DNA of 64,000 nt from Thermoanaerobaculia bacterium (GTDB lineage Bacteria > Acidobacteriota > Thermoanaerobaculia > UBA5066), in contig CAWFJJ010000005.1 of assembly GCA_963816185.1 (NCBI GenBank), forward strand, positions 64,001-128,000, given 5' to 3'. The notes below the pieces were generated by a model that ran no database searches, had not been told where the DNA came from, and worked only from the letters and a program-made list of their open reading frames with translations. The position numbers and the translations under genes are program-made. Below, piece by piece: positions 49,537 to 59,707 of this stretch; within the stretch, counting starts at the first letter, position 1; each line of letters begins with the position of its first letter.

Positions 49537-50784
49537 ATGCCGAAACCCGCTTCGTACCTCGTCAGCCTCGACATCGGATCGACGAAAGTCTGCGCCCTCA
49601 TCGCCGAGCCGGATGCGACGGGGCGCATCGACATCATCGGCAAGGGCACGGCCGCGCACAAGGGCGCGCGCAAGGGCGCCATCATCGACGTGCCCGTCAC
49701 GGTCGACGCGATCAAACGCGCGACGGAGGAAGCCGAGATCATGGCCGGCGCGCAGATCGAGCGTGCGGTCGTGGGCGTCGCCGGGCCGGCCGTCAAGTCG
49801 TTCAACAGCCGTCAGGTCGTCGCCGTGGCCGCGAAGAATCGCGAGATCACGCGCGAGGACATCCAGCGCTCGCTCGACGCGGCGCGCTCGGTGCCGATTC
49901 CCTCGGAGTTCGAGATCCTCCACGTCCTCCCGCGCGAGTTCGTCGTGGACGGCCAGGACGGGGTCGCCGACCCGCTCGGCATGGTGGGCAGCCGGCTCGA
50001 GGCCGACGTCCACGTCGTCACGGTGCCTGTCGCCACGACGCAGAACCTCCTGAACTGCGTGAACCGTGCCGGCGTCGAGGTGATCGAGATGGTGCTCGAG
50101 CCGCTCGCGGCGAGCGAGGCGGTGCTGACGCCGGACGAGCGCGAGCTGGGCGTCGTCCTCGCCGACATCGGTGGCGGGACGACGGAGGTCGCCGTCTGGC
50201 GCCACGGAGCGCTCGCGCACACGTCCGTCCTGCCCGTGGGCGGGGACCACTTCACGAACGACCTCGCGGTCGTCCTGAAGACCCCTGTGCCCGACGCCGA
50301 GCGGCTCAAACGCAAGTTCGGCGCGGCAATGGCCGCGCTCGTCGCAGAAAGCGAGTCGCTCGACGTGCCGCTCACGGGCGGGCGCGGCGTCCATCCCGTC
50401 AAGCGGCGCGAGATCGCCGAGATCCTCCAGCCGCGCGCCGAGGAGCTTCTCACGCTCCTCTGGGAGGAGTCGGTCCGGGAGGTTCCGGCGGGCGAGCTGC
50501 GCGCCGGACTCGTTCTCACGGGGGGCGGCGCCGAGCTGGACGGCCTCCTGGAGGTCGCCGAGCAGGTCCTCGGAGTGGCCGTACGCCGCGGCGTGCCGCG
50601 CGGCCTCGGAGGATTGACGGACGTCATCGCCTCGCCGGAGTGGGCCTGTGCGGCGGGTCTCCTGCTCTATGGCCGCGGCAGCGCCGCCGCGTCGAAGAAG
50701 CGCTCGCGCCCTGCCGGTCCTGGACTTTTCGAGAAGCTCAAAGGCTCCCTCAAGAACTTATTCCCCGCGTCCACCGCTCTGTGA
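49537..50784 (+). CDS. ftsA: Cell division protein FtsA
   Basis: [31 protein letters not shown]-terminal amphipathic helix. Confidence 0.96.
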   Translation: MPKPASYLVSLDIGSTKVCALIAEPDATGRIDIIGKGTAAHKGARKGAIIDVPVTVDAIKRATEEAEIMAGAQIERAVVGVAGPAVKSFNSRQVVAVAAKNREITREDIQRSLDAARSVPIPSEFEILHVLPREFVVDGQDGVADPLGMVGSRLEADVHVVTVPVATTQNLLNCVNRAGVEVIEMVLEPLAASEAVLTPDERELGVVLADIGGGTTEVAVWRHGALAHTSVLPVGGDHFTNDLAVVLKTPVPDAERLKRKFGAAMAALVAESESLDVPLTGGRGVHPVKRREIAEILQPRAEELLTLLWEESVREVPAGELRAGLVLTGGGAELDGLLEVAEQVLGVAVRRGVPRGLGGLTDVIASPEWACAAGLLLYGRGSAAASKKRSRPAGPGLFEKLKGSLKNLFPASTAL

Positions 50785-50803
50785 TATCGATGGAGGAAAG
50801 AAC

Positions 50804-52012
50804 ATGATCCTTTTCGACGACGAGCCCCGTCCGTCGCTCCCGATCTCCCTGAACGACGAGGTTCCTCCTCCCGCCAAGATCAAGGTCGTGGGCGTGGGCG
50901 GGGGCGGCGGCAACGCCGTCAACCGCATGATCCAGGCCGGCATCAAGGGGATCGACTTCGTGGCCGCGAATACCGACCTCCAGGTGCTCCGGGTGAACCG
51001 GGCCGCAACGAAGCTGCAGCTCGGCCTCACGACGTCGCGAGGCATGGGCGCGGGATCGAACCCCGACGTCGGCCGCAATGCCGCGCTCGAGGACGCCGAG
51101 AGAATCACGCAAGTCCTCTCGGGCTCGGACATGGTCTTCGTGACGGCGGGCATGGGGGGCGGGACGGGCACAGGGGCGGCTCCGGTCGTGGCGCGGCTCG
51201 CGTCCGAGGCGGGCGCGCTCGTCGTCGCCATCGTGTCGAAGCCGTTCGCCTTCGAAGGGCGGCGGAAGCTGCGCTACGCCGAGGACGGCATCGCCGAGCT
51301 GCGCGAGTACGTCGACACGCTCATCACGATCCCGAACGAGCGACTCTACTCGTTCGTGGAGCGGAACGTGACGACCTGGGAGGCGTTCCGCATCGCGGAC
51401 GACGTGCTCCGGCAGGCCGTGCAGGGCATCAGCGACCTCATCACGGTACCCGGCGTCGTGAACCTCGACTTCGCCGACGTGAAGACGGTCATGGAGAACA
51501 TGGGCATGGCCCTCATGGGCACGGGCACCGCGTCGGGCGAGCACCGGGCCGTCGAGGCCGCGCAGCGCGCGATCTCGAACCCGCTCCTCGAAGAGCAGTC
51601 CATCCAGGGCGCGCGCGCCATCCTCATCAACGTGACCGGCGGCGACGACCTCACGCTCGCCGAGGTGAACGAGGCGTGCGCGATCATCCAGCAGGCGGCG
51701 GACGAGGAGGCGAACGTGATCTTCGGCCTCGTGATGGACAAGGACATGAAGGACGAGGTGAAGATCAGCGTCATCGCGACCGGGTTCGACGCTCCGGCGG
51801 CTCTCGCCTCGCGCCGCGAGGTGTCGCTCCCCGTCACGCCGAGCGGCGCGCGGCCGGCGGCCGAGAGGGAGCGCGAGCGCGAACGCGCGCGCACGGCTCC
51901 GGACACACCGATTCCGGAAGACCAGGGCTACGGCGTGAACCTGATCAACGTGCGCGACCCGCGCGAGGACATCTTCGACATCCCCACGTTCCTCCGCCGT
52001 CAGATGGACTGA
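50804..52012 (+). CDS. ftsZ: Cell division protein FtsZ
   Basis: [25 protein letters not shown]-terminal [11 protein letters not shown]; GGAGG RBS. Confidence 0.98.
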   Translation: MILFDDEPRPSLPISLNDEVPPPAKIKVVGVGGGGGNAVNRMIQAGIKGIDFVAANTDLQVLRVNRAATKLQLGLTTSRGMGAGSNPDVGRNAALEDAERITQVLSGSDMVFVTAGMGGGTGTGAAPVVARLASEAGALVVAIVSKPFAFEGRRKLRYAEDGIAELREYVDTLITIPNERLYSFVERNVTTWEAFRIADDVLRQAVQGISDLITVPGVVNLDFADVKTVMENMGMALMGTGTASGEHRAVEAAQRAISNPLLEEQSIQGARAILINVTGGDDLTLAEVNEACAIIQQAADEEANVIFGLVMDKDMKDEVKISVIATGFDAPAALASRREVSLPVTPSGARPAAERERERERARTAPDTPIPEDQGYGVNLINVRDPREDIFDIPTFLRRQMD

Positions 52013-52311
52013 AGCGCCTTCGCCTTGCGCGCTCGTCGGCGCGCCCTCAGCCAGGCGCGCACCTTCAGCCACGTGCGCTCGAACTTCGGGTTGCTCTGGC
52101 GGAAGCGTCTCACCTTGCGCTGCACCCACCGGCTCTCCACGTAGAGGATCGCGGCGCCCGCGACTCCGAAAGGCCAGCCCTGGATCACGGGAAGAAGGCC
52201 TCCGATGATCCCGAGGGAGAGGAGACACCAGCCGAGCGTGAGGAGCGCGACCCGCACGAGCCGGCTGCGCCGCTTCGCGAGGCCGCGCGGCGGGGCCTGT
52301 CGCGTGCTCAT
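52000..52311 (-). CDS. Small membrane protein (PGPGW/DUF454-like)
   Basis: LGW...[13 protein letters not shown] hairpin TM, basic tail; ATGA coupling. Confidence 0.6.
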   Translation of the reverse strand: MSTRQAPPRGLAKRRSRLVRVALLTLGWCLLSLGIIGGLLPVIQGWPFGVAGAAILYVESRWVQRKVRRFRQSNPKFERTWLKVRAWLRARRRARKAKALQSI

Positions 52312-53140
52312 GCTTTCTTCGGAAAGATGCCCCGGCGCGCGTCGCGGACGATCCGCTTGGCTTCCTCGGAAAAGCTCTTCGAGATCATCCAGTCGAGGAA
52401 CCCCGGATGCTTTTCGGCGACCTCCTCGAGCGTCTTGCCCCGGTGCTCACTGAATGCGAAGACGATCTCGCCGTCCCGCCAGAGAAAGCGTTTGTCGGGG
52501 TCCGCGAACCGGCCCTCCTGGCGGCCTGGAAAGCTCGTGCAGCGCGGCGACGTCGCGGGGAAGGTCCGCATACCGACGGAGCTGCCCGGCGAGGACTTCC
52601 GCCGACGCGAGGGCGTCTGCGAGCGCGGAGTGCGCACCGTGTGTGCTCCCGGCCGGCGAAGAAACGCATGGCCGCGGCGAGGTCGCGCGGCTCCTTCTTG
52701 AAATAGATCGTCTGCATGTCCACGATGCGCCGGTTTTCGACCGGGAAGACCATGCTCGCGAGCTCGAACTCGCGCAGGAGCACGGGCACATCGAAGGAGC
52801 GCACGTTGTAACCCGCGAGGTCCGCGTCGCCGAAGAACTCGAGAACCCGGGCGGCGATCTCGGGAAACGCGGGCGCCCCGGCCACGTCGGCGTCCGAGAT
52901 GCCGTGGATGCGCGTGGATTCGCGCGGGATCTTGACTCCCGGGTTCACGCGGGACTCGAATGCGGCGACCGCGTCCCCCGGGCCGAACCTCAGAGCCGCG
53001 ATTTCCACGATCCGGTCCGTCAGACGGTCGGCGCCGGTCGTCTCGAGGTCGAAGACGACGAGCGGCCGCTCCCCGGAGAGCGCAGCGAGTGCCGCGAGGG
53101 TCTCGGGGGGAAGGGCGAGTTCGGTCACGCCCTGGATCAT
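52308..53140 (-). pseudogene. DEDDh 3'-5' exonuclease (DnaQ-like), with two frameshifts (~52640, ~52520)
   Basis: FDLETTG, YNVRSFD, then HSALADA in a second frame, then FSEHRGK..WM in a third frame. Confidence 0.8.
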
Positions 53141-53874
53141 GGCCCAGGAAAGGACAACGCGGGGGGCGGCGGCGCTTCCCAGGTCCAGGTCGTGCCTCGA
53201 GGCATTCCGGGAGGATCCGTCCAGACGAGGCGTGCCGCGTGCAGGAGCGGGGGAGGATCGCCGTCGGCCCGCCCGGGGTCGTACGCGGGGTCCCCGAGGA
53301 GCGGCGTACCGAGGGCGAGCAGGTGAATTCGAAGCTGGTGCATCCGACCCGTCTCGGGGACGAGCTCGACGAGAGCCGTCGCGCCGCGCGCCTCGAGCAC
53401 CCGGTAGCGCGTCGCGGCCGGCCGGCCGGCCGGATGAACGGCGGTCCGGCCGGGTGGAGGCAGAGGCGGAATTGCGAGCACGCGCCGGCCCGAAAGGAGG
53501 TGTCCCGCCCGCGAAGAGCCGTACGCCGCCACGACGGCGCGCTTCAGGAGATCCGGCCGCGACGTGCGGTGCTCGAGGAGCGGAGCGTCCACGCGCCCTT
53601 CGGGAGGATCGGGAACGCCTCTCGTGACGGCGACGTAGGTCTTCACGACGTGCGTCGGCCAGGCCGCGTGGGCGGCGCGAAGCGCGTCCGCGTCCCTCGC
53701 GAGGAGAAGGATGCCGGACGTCTCCTTGTCGAGCCTGTGGACGAGAGCGAGGTCCGCGCCGAGCTTCTCGCGGAGGGGGCCGAGAAGACCGCCACGGCCG
53801 TAAACCGCGGTTCCGGGCGGCTTGTCGATCGCGAGATAAGCGTCGGCCCCGGACGGGGACGGAAGGATCGTCAC
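53137..53874 (-). CDS. RluA-family pseudouridine synthase
   Basis: DKPPG, VHRLDKETSG, TGRMHQLRIH, GDPAY, LHA. Confidence 0.92.
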   Translation of the reverse strand: MTILPSPSGADAYLAIDKPPGTAVYGRGGLLGPLREKLGADLALVHRLDKETSGILLLARDADALRAAHAAWPTHVVKTYVAVTRGVPDPPEGRVDAPLLEHRTSRPDLLKRAVVAAYGSSRAGHLLSGRRVLAIPPLPPPGRTAVHPAGRPAATRYRVLEARGATALVELVPETGRMHQLRIHLLALGTPLLGDPAYDPGRADGDPPPLLHAARLVWTDPPGMPRGTTWTWEAPPPPALSFPGP

Positions 53875-54113
53875 GCGGTCTTGCGGAAGCGCAGCGCCGA
53901 GAGGATGACGGCGAGGCTGCCGACGATGTTCGCGGCCATGCCGATCACGATGGGCGCCTGGCGGAAGCGGATCCCGTAGAGGAAGTAGATCACCTGCCCG
54001 CCGAGAAACATCGCATACGTGAGTACGGAGACGTCCTCGGAGCTCCTTCGCCGCCAGATCCGCGCCGCCTGCGGCACGTAGGCCGCGCCGGTGGCGATCC
54101 CCACCACGGACAC
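53871..54113 (-). CDS. SemiSWEET/PQ-loop family protein
   Basis: YVPQ..IWR..SSEDVS, three TM segments, P....AN. Start uncertain. Confidence 0.75.
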   Translation of the reverse strand: MSVVGIATGAAYVPQAARIWRRRSSEDVSVLTYAMFLGGQVIYFLYGIRFRQAPIVIGMAANIVGSLAVILSALRFRKTA

Positions 54114-54159
54114 GGCCCAGGCGAGGAAGGCGTCGAAACCTCCCGGGCTCTCGATGACT

Positions 54160-54882
54160 CTACCTGCGGTTTCCGAAGAACCTGAGCATCATCAGGAAGA
54201 GGTTTATGAAGTCGAGATAGAGGGCGAGCGCACCCGAGATTGCGCCGCGCCGGCCAGCCTCGGAGGTGCCGTCCATCGCGAGAGCCATCGTCTTGAGCCT
54301 GCGCGTGTCGTAGGCCGTGAGGCCGACGAAGACGATGACGCCCACGCAGCTCACGACGAAGCCGAGCATGTCGGACCTCATGAAGATGTTCACCACGGAC
54401 GCGATGATCACCCCGATGAGGCCCATGAACGCGAAGGAGCCGAGGCCCTCGAGAGTCCGGTGCGTCGTGAGACCGTAAACGCTCATTGCCGCGAACGTGC
54501 CCGCCGCGACGAGGAACGTCGAGGCGATCGAGCCCGCGGTGAACGCGAAGAAGATCGCCGCGAGCGTCACGCCGTTCAGGGCGGAGTAAAGGAGAAAGAC
54601 GGCCGAGGCCGCGGCAGACGAGAGCTTCCCGACCATGCCGGACAGCCAGACAACGAGCCCGAGCTCCGCGAACAGAAGGCCGTAGAAGACGAGTTTGTTC
54701 CCGAAGACCGCGCGAAGCATGGTCTCGTTCGAGACTGTGAAGAGCGCCGCGCCTGCCGTGACGAGAAGACCCGTCGCCATCCAGCCGTAGACGCGGGCGA
54801 GAAAGCCGGGCACCGCGATCGACCCCGACGGGCTGATCGGGCGGGGAGAATCGAACGGTCGCGGCGGAAGCTCGGTGGGCAT
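54160..54882 (-). CDS. Bax inhibitor-1/YccA family membrane protein
   Basis: VYGWM..GL, AYDT, ALALYLDFINLF. Confidence 0.92.
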   Translation of the reverse strand: MPTELPPRPFDSPRPISPSGSIAVPGFLARVYGWMATGLLVTAGAALFTVSNETMLRAVFGNKLVFYGLLFAELGLVVWLSGMVGKLSSAAASAVFLLYSALNGVTLAAIFFAFTAGSIASTFLVAAGTFAAMSVYGLTTHRTLEGLGSFAFMGLIGVIIASVVNIFMRSDMLGFVVSCVGVIVFVGLTAYDTRRLKTMALAMDGTSEAGRRGAISGALALYLDFINLFLMMLRFFGNRR

Positions 54883-54999
54883 GTGGGAATCTCCTCTCGA
54901 ACAGTCATCCTAACGCGCCGGGGTCAAGATCCATTCCCGGGAGGCGCCGCCGGAGGCTTCGGGCGTCAGGCTTCCGCGCGAGCAGCTTCACGCGGGTCG

Positions 55000-55425
55000 T
55001 CAGCCTTTGGCGCGGCGCGGCCAGAAGGCGTAAGCCAGACCAAGAATGCCGATGAACGGCATGATGCCGTCATTGAGCTCGAGCCCAGTCTCCAGGGCTG
55101 AGTTGCGCGGGTCGGCAGGGTTGTAGTGGACCGTCACCCGACTGCCGGGGGTGTATGCAGCGCTGATGCGGCGGGCTTTTGCTTCGGAACTCACGAGATT
55201 CCCACCGGGCCGGTAGCTGTGGCCGCGAAACGTCTGGCTTTGGATAATGTAGGTGTATTGCAACTCCACCCGCCAATTACGCCGGGTGGGCGTGACAGTC
55301 GAATTCTGCACGACTCCATCGATGGTCGGCCAAGAAGTCGAGGCGGCGTCTTCGTAAGCGATCCATGTGCCGACGATGACCCCGACGATTCCAGCAACGA
55401 GCGCCAACGCGCGCAGCTTGAGCAT
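55000..55425 (-). CDS. DUF3592-like membrane protein
   Basis: TM segment, SWPTIDGVV, Y.Y, G..VTVHYNPADP..S.L, TM segment; AGGAG RBS; visibly lower GC. Confidence 0.75.
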   Translation of the reverse strand: MLKLRALALVAGIVGVIVGTWIAYEDAASTSWPTIDGVVQNSTVTPTRRNWRVELQYTYIIQSQTFRGHSYRPGGNLVSSEAKARRISAAYTPGSRVTVHYNPADPRNSALETGLELNDGIMPFIGILGLAYAFWPRRAKG

Positions 55426-55516
55426 CGCTTCTCCTTTTTGGTTCTCAGGATTGGTCGTAGGATGCGCAGCGAACTTGTCAGCACTTCTGACCGGGCAACG
55501 TCGTGCGAGGCGGGCC

Positions 55517-55987
55517 TCAGGCCGGAAGCTCGCTGATCTCGGCCGAGTCGATGAGTTCGATGCACCCCCTCACGCTCATGGCGCCGGGGCACCTCGTGAT
55601 GTACGTCTTGAGCGCCTCGCGCGCCTCGCCGGTCTTTCCCGGCGGGACCGAAAGCGTGTACTTAACGCGGATCCGGGTGATTCTCAGGACGCCGTCGACG
55701 TCCTCGATGTCGCCTTCGACGTCGGCGCGGTAGCGCTCCGAGAACGTGGGGATCTTGCTTCCGGCCAGCACCGTGGCCAGTGTCCCCATCATTCAACCCG
55801 CGACGGCGCCGACGATGTGATCGAGCGTCGCCGCGTGCTCCTTCTCGGGCTCGACCTTGTAGAAATTCTTGATCCCGCCGTGAACGCCGTAAAAGACGGG
55901 CTCCGCGAATCCTTCGATCAGAGCCTTTCGGGTCGGGCCCTTCTCCCGAGTGATGTGGATTCGGGACGTGTGCACGATCCTTCCCAT
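55517..55987 (-). CDS. OsmC-like protein with in-frame UGA (predicted selenocysteine)
   Basis: ORFs 55793-55987 and 55517-55792 abut in frame: GAVAG-[TGA]-MMGTL...RCPGAMSV. The UGA sits at the first OsmC Cys and a stem-loop begins 12 nt downstream. Confidence 0.85.
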
Positions 55988-56060
55988 GAGGTCCCTCCCC
56001 CCACGCGCAATGTTCCATACGCGTGGGGCCGAATCATCTCACCGGACCCGCTGGCGTTGG

Positions 56061-58184
56061 CTAGAACCGGAACGCGACCTCTCCCAGGAACCGCCGCGGC
56101 GAGGCCACGTAGAGCTGGCCGTCGCCGATCTCGCTGTCGGTGACGTAGTGGCGGTCGTCGCCGAGGTTGCGGCCGACGAGTGAAACGCGCCCCCACGAGA
56201 GCTCCCACGACACCCCGGCATCCCATTCATAGAAGGCGTCCGTGTAGAAGGTGTTTCGCCGTGTGAGGGGCCGGATGTTCTGGTGGCGCACGGCGCTCCA
56301 GAAGCCGAGGCCGGCCTTCGGCGCGTACGCGAGGCGGGCGTTCCAGAGGTCGCGCGGCACGAGCTCGAGGCGGTTGCCGTCCACGACGCGGAGCTGGCCG
56401 TCGGGCGTGAGGAACGAGAAGCTCACGTACGTCGCGTCGTGGTGGCCGTATCCGGCGGCCAGCGACCAGCCTTCGAGCTTCGGCAGCGCCCAGACGAGCT
56501 CGGCGTCCAGGCCCTGGAATCGCTCCTCGCCCGCGTTCGTAAGCTCGGGATGCCCGCTGGGACCGACCGTCGAGACGACGAGGTTCTCGAATTCCATGTG
56601 GAAGAGCGTGACATCGAAAGACAGCGCGCCCTGAGCCCAGCGCGTCTTGAGCCCGAGCTCGCCGGAGCGCGTGCGCTCAGGCTCCAGAATGCGCGCGCTC
56701 TCGGCCTCGAGGACGTTTGGGGCCGCGGGCTTGAAGTTGCTCTTGGCCGAGACGTAGACGTTCAGCGCGCTCAGGACGGAGGCCTGCGGTCTGTCCACGA
56801 TCCGGACGAGGGCCGCGGCGCCGCCCGACCACGCGCCGTCCGTCCGGCTGTCGGCGGCGACGTCGGGGGCTGCGGCGCCGACCTCAGCCACCGTCGCGTC
56901 GAGCGACTCCGAGGTCCGGTCGTAGCGCGCTCCGAACGTGAGCGTGAGAGCGCGGAGCGGCGTCCACTCGTCGTTCGCGTAGAAGCCCCAGAACGTCCGG
57001 CGGTCCTCCGCGGAGCGGTGATCGCCAACGGGGACCTCGTCGAGGGTCGGCACCACGGGATGCGGGCCGGTCAGGAGCGAGAAATCGAAACCCGTCCCAT
57101 CGAGTGTCGTCCGGCCCGAGGTGTACGCAATCCCGGCGACGAGCTTGTGGCGGCCGCCGGCCGTGAAATCGGCGACGATCCGAGCGTCGTCGAAGAGCGT
57201 CGTCTCGAGCGGCGTGAGCGACGTACCCGTCGCGGTGGCGGTCGTGCCGTCGCTCCCGGTGATGAACGAACGAACGGCGATCTGCTCGTCGCGCGCGAGG
57301 CCGAGCGTATTCTCGAAACGGACGGCGGCCGAGAGCGGCTGCGACACCGTCGAGGCGAGGGAATAGACGCGGTGGTCGAGCCGTCCGCCGCCGATCGCGT
57401 AGTTCCGATCGATCTCGAAGCCGGGCATGGGCTGGCCGGCGTCGACGGGAAGCGGCGACCCGAAGTAGCTCGTGTCACGAACGATGCCGAGCGTGACGTT
57501 CACGGACCCCTCTTTGGTGCGCTGGGTGAAGTCGAGGGAAAGTCGGTCGGCCGAGACGTCCGCCCGATCCTGCCAGCCCTTGTCGCGCGCCATCGAGCCG
57601 AAGAGGCGGATCGTCTCGTCGCCCTGTGAAGCCGTGACCGAGAGGTTGCCGTGCTTGTCCGAGAAGGACCCGCCGCCGAGAGTCAGCGCCCCTCCGGCGC
57701 CCTTCGGATGACGCGTGAAGACCTGGATCATGCCCGCGAACGCGGAGACGCCGTAGAGCGTCCCCTGTGGGCCCTTGACGATCTCGATGCGATCGACGTC
57801 CTCGACGGAAATTTGCGCGAGGGAGGGGTTGAAGGGACCTCCCACGGGGACGCCATCCACGGTGACGAGGAGGGCGTCGAACTCCTTCAGCCCCCACACT
57901 CCGATGTTCGGAAGCCGGCTGCCGGCATCGGACCCGTTGCCGGTGTCGAGGCCCGCGACGTCCTGGAGCGCCTCCGCGACGGTCTTGGCCCCATGCCGCC
58001 TCAGCTCGTCGCCTGAAACGACGGAGACGGGAGCCGCCACGTCGAGCGCGTCCTCTTCGGCCTTCGTCGCCGAGACGACCATCGTCGACGCCGTTCCGGT
58101 GCGCACGGGAACCTGAGCGACAACCGCCGTGTCGAGGGCGAGCGCGGAGCCAATGAACGCGAGCGCGGCGCGTGAAAACGACAT
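56061..58184 (-). CDS. TonB-dependent receptor
   Basis: Signal peptide, VVSATK TonB-box region, plug LVTVDGVP...DRIEIVKGPQGTLYG, C-terminal Phe. Confidence 0.93.
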   Translation of the reverse strand: MSFSRAALAFIGSALALDTAVVAQVPVRTGTASTMVVSATKAEEDALDVAAPVSVVSGDELRRHGAKTVAEALQDVAGLDTGNGSDAGSRLPNIGVWGLKEFDALLVTVDGVPVGGPFNPSLAQISVEDVDRIEIVKGPQGTLYGVSAFAGMIQVFTRHPKGAGGALTLGGGSFSDKHGNLSVTASQGDETIRLFGSMARDKGWQDRADVSADRLSLDFTQRTKEGSVNVTLGIVRDTSYFGSPLPVDAGQPMPGFEIDRNYAIGGGRLDHRVYSLASTVSQPLSAAVRFENTLGLARDEQIAVRSFITGSDGTTATATGTSLTPLETTLFDDARIVADFTAGGRHKLVAGIAYTSGRTTLDGTGFDFSLLTGPHPVVPTLDEVPVGDHRSAEDRRTFWGFYANDEWTPLRALTLTFGARYDRTSESLDATVAEVGAAAPDVAADSRTDGAWSGGAAALVRIVDRPQASVLSALNVYVSAKSNFKPAAPNVLEAESARILEPERTRSGELGLKTRWAQGALSFDVTLFHMEFENLVVSTVGPSGHPELTNAGEERFQGLDAELVWALPKLEGWSLAAGYGHHDATYVSFSFLTPDGQLRVVDGNRLELVPRDLWNARLAYAPKAGLGFWSAVRHQNIRPLTRRNTFYTDAFYEWDAGVSWELSWGRVSLVGRNLGDDRHYVTDSEIGDGQLYVASPRRFLGEVAFRF

Positions 58185-58210
58185 GCGCCCATGTTAACTA
58201 AACTATCGAC

Positions 58211-59707
58211 GTGAGACTCGGCATCGACTTCGGGACCACGCACACCGTCGTCACGCTCGTGGACCGCGGGAACTATCCCGTCGTCTCGTTCGACGGCGGC
58301 GATTTCGTGCCTTCGCTCGTGGCGCTCCAGGAGAGGACGGGAGAACGGCGCTACGGGTGGGGCGCGTTCGGCGTGCGGCACGAGCCCGGCTGGACGGTCG
58401 TCCGGTCCTTCAAACGTGCGCTCGACGCCGCCGGGCCCCAGGCCCAGATCGCGATCGGCTCCTGGCGTCTGTCTCTTCTCGATCTGCTTTCGGGCTTTTT
58501 CTCCGCGCTCCACCGTGAGCTCGTCGAGCGATCGAACGCAGGGCTTACGGCCGACGAGTCGCTCCACGCGGCCGTATCCGTGCCCGCGAACGCGTCGACG
58601 GCCCAGCGCTTCCTGACGCTCGAGGCTTTCAAGGCCGGCGGCTTTGCGGTGGAGGCGCTCCTCAACGAGCCCTCGGCCGCGGGCTTCGAGTACGCGCACC
58701 GGTATCGGCGCTCGGATCCGAAGCGCGAGTACCTCATCGTCTACGACCTCGGGGGAGGCACGTTCGACGCCTCGCTCCTGAAGATGACAGGAAGGACGAA
58801 CGAGGTCGTCGCCACGAACGGCGTCCGCCGGCTCGGGGGCGACGATTTCGACGAGGCGATCCTCGCGCTCGTTCTGGACCGGGCCGCGGTTGGCGCGCTC
58901 GACGACGCGAACCGCGACGTCGTCCTCGAAGAGTGTGCGCGCCAGAAGGAGAACCTTTCCCCGAACACGCGCCGCGTCCTCGTGGACCTCACGGCGATCG
59001 GGAGAGAGCCGCTCGTCCTGTCCGCCGAGGAGATTTACGCCGCGTGCGCTCCGCTCGTCCAGCGCTCTGTGGAGGCGGTCGCGCCTGTCCTCGCGGGCGC
59101 CGATGGCGAAAAAGCGGTTGCCTGGAGCGAGGTCGCCGGGCTCTACGTCGTCGGCGGCGGCGGGCTTTTCCCGCTCGTGACGCGGGTTCTGAAGGAGCGG
59201 TTCGGCGAGAAGCGCGTTCGTCGCTCGCCGCATCCCTTTGCCGCGACGGCCATGGGGCTCGCGATCTTCCTCGATCGCGAGGCGGGCTGGATGCTCGAAG
59301 ACAGGCTTTCGCGGCACTTCGGCGTTTTCCGTGAGAGCGAGGCGGGGACGGACGTGGCGTTCGACTCGATCTTCCCGAAGGGAACGGCGCTGCCGGCGCC
59401 CGGCGCCGCCCCGCTCTCGGTCACGCGCCGCTACCGCGCCGCGCACAACGTAGGCCACTTCCGGTTTCTCGAATGCACCCGCCTCACGGGTGGCCGGCCG
59501 GACGGAGACGTCACGCCCTGGGACGAAGTGCTGTTCCCGTTCGAGCGCGGACTCAGGGGTCGCTCGCTCTCCACCGCGGACGTGAAGCGCCGCGTCGAAG
59601 GGCCCGAGGTCGTGGAAACCTACGCGCTCGGAAGCGAAGGGGCCGTCTCGATGACGGTCACGGACGCGTCGGACGGTTTCACGCGCACCTTCACGCTCCG
59701 GCGCTGA
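58211..59707 (+). CDS. Hsp70-family (DnaK-like ATPase) protein with atypical short C-terminus
   Basis: GIDFGTT, SVPA, LNEPSAA, YDLGGGTFD, LGGDDFD, VGGG. Confidence 0.88.
   Translation: MRLGIDFGTTHTVVTLVDRGNYPVVSFDGGDFVPSLVALQERTGERRYGWGAFGVRHEPGWTVVRSFKRALDAAGPQAQIAIGSWRLSLLDLLSGFFSALHRELVERSNAGLTADESLHAAVSVPANASTAQRFLTLEAFKAGGFAVEALLNEPSAAGFEYAHRYRRSDPKREYLIVYDLGGGTFDASLLKMTGRTNEVVATNGVRRLGGDDFDEAILALVLDRAAVGALDDANRDVVLEECARQKENLSPNTRRVLVDLTAIGREPLVLSAEEIYAACAPLVQRSVEAVAPVLAGADGEKAVAWSEVAGLYVVGGGGLFPLVTRVLKERFGEKRVRRSPHPFAATAMGLAIFLDREAGWMLEDRLSRHFGVFRESEAGTDVAFDSIFPKGTALPAPGAAPLSVTRRYRAAHNVGHFRFLECTRLTGGRPDGDVTPWDEVLFPFERGLRGRSLSTADVKRRVEGPEVVETYALGSEGAVSMTVTDASDGFTRTFTLRR

Noticed and set aside
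54900-55000. Integron attC site downstream of the low-GC gene
   Set aside because: Only a partial GTTAGG match is present, with no paired RYYYAAC box or convincing attC stem and no integrase.
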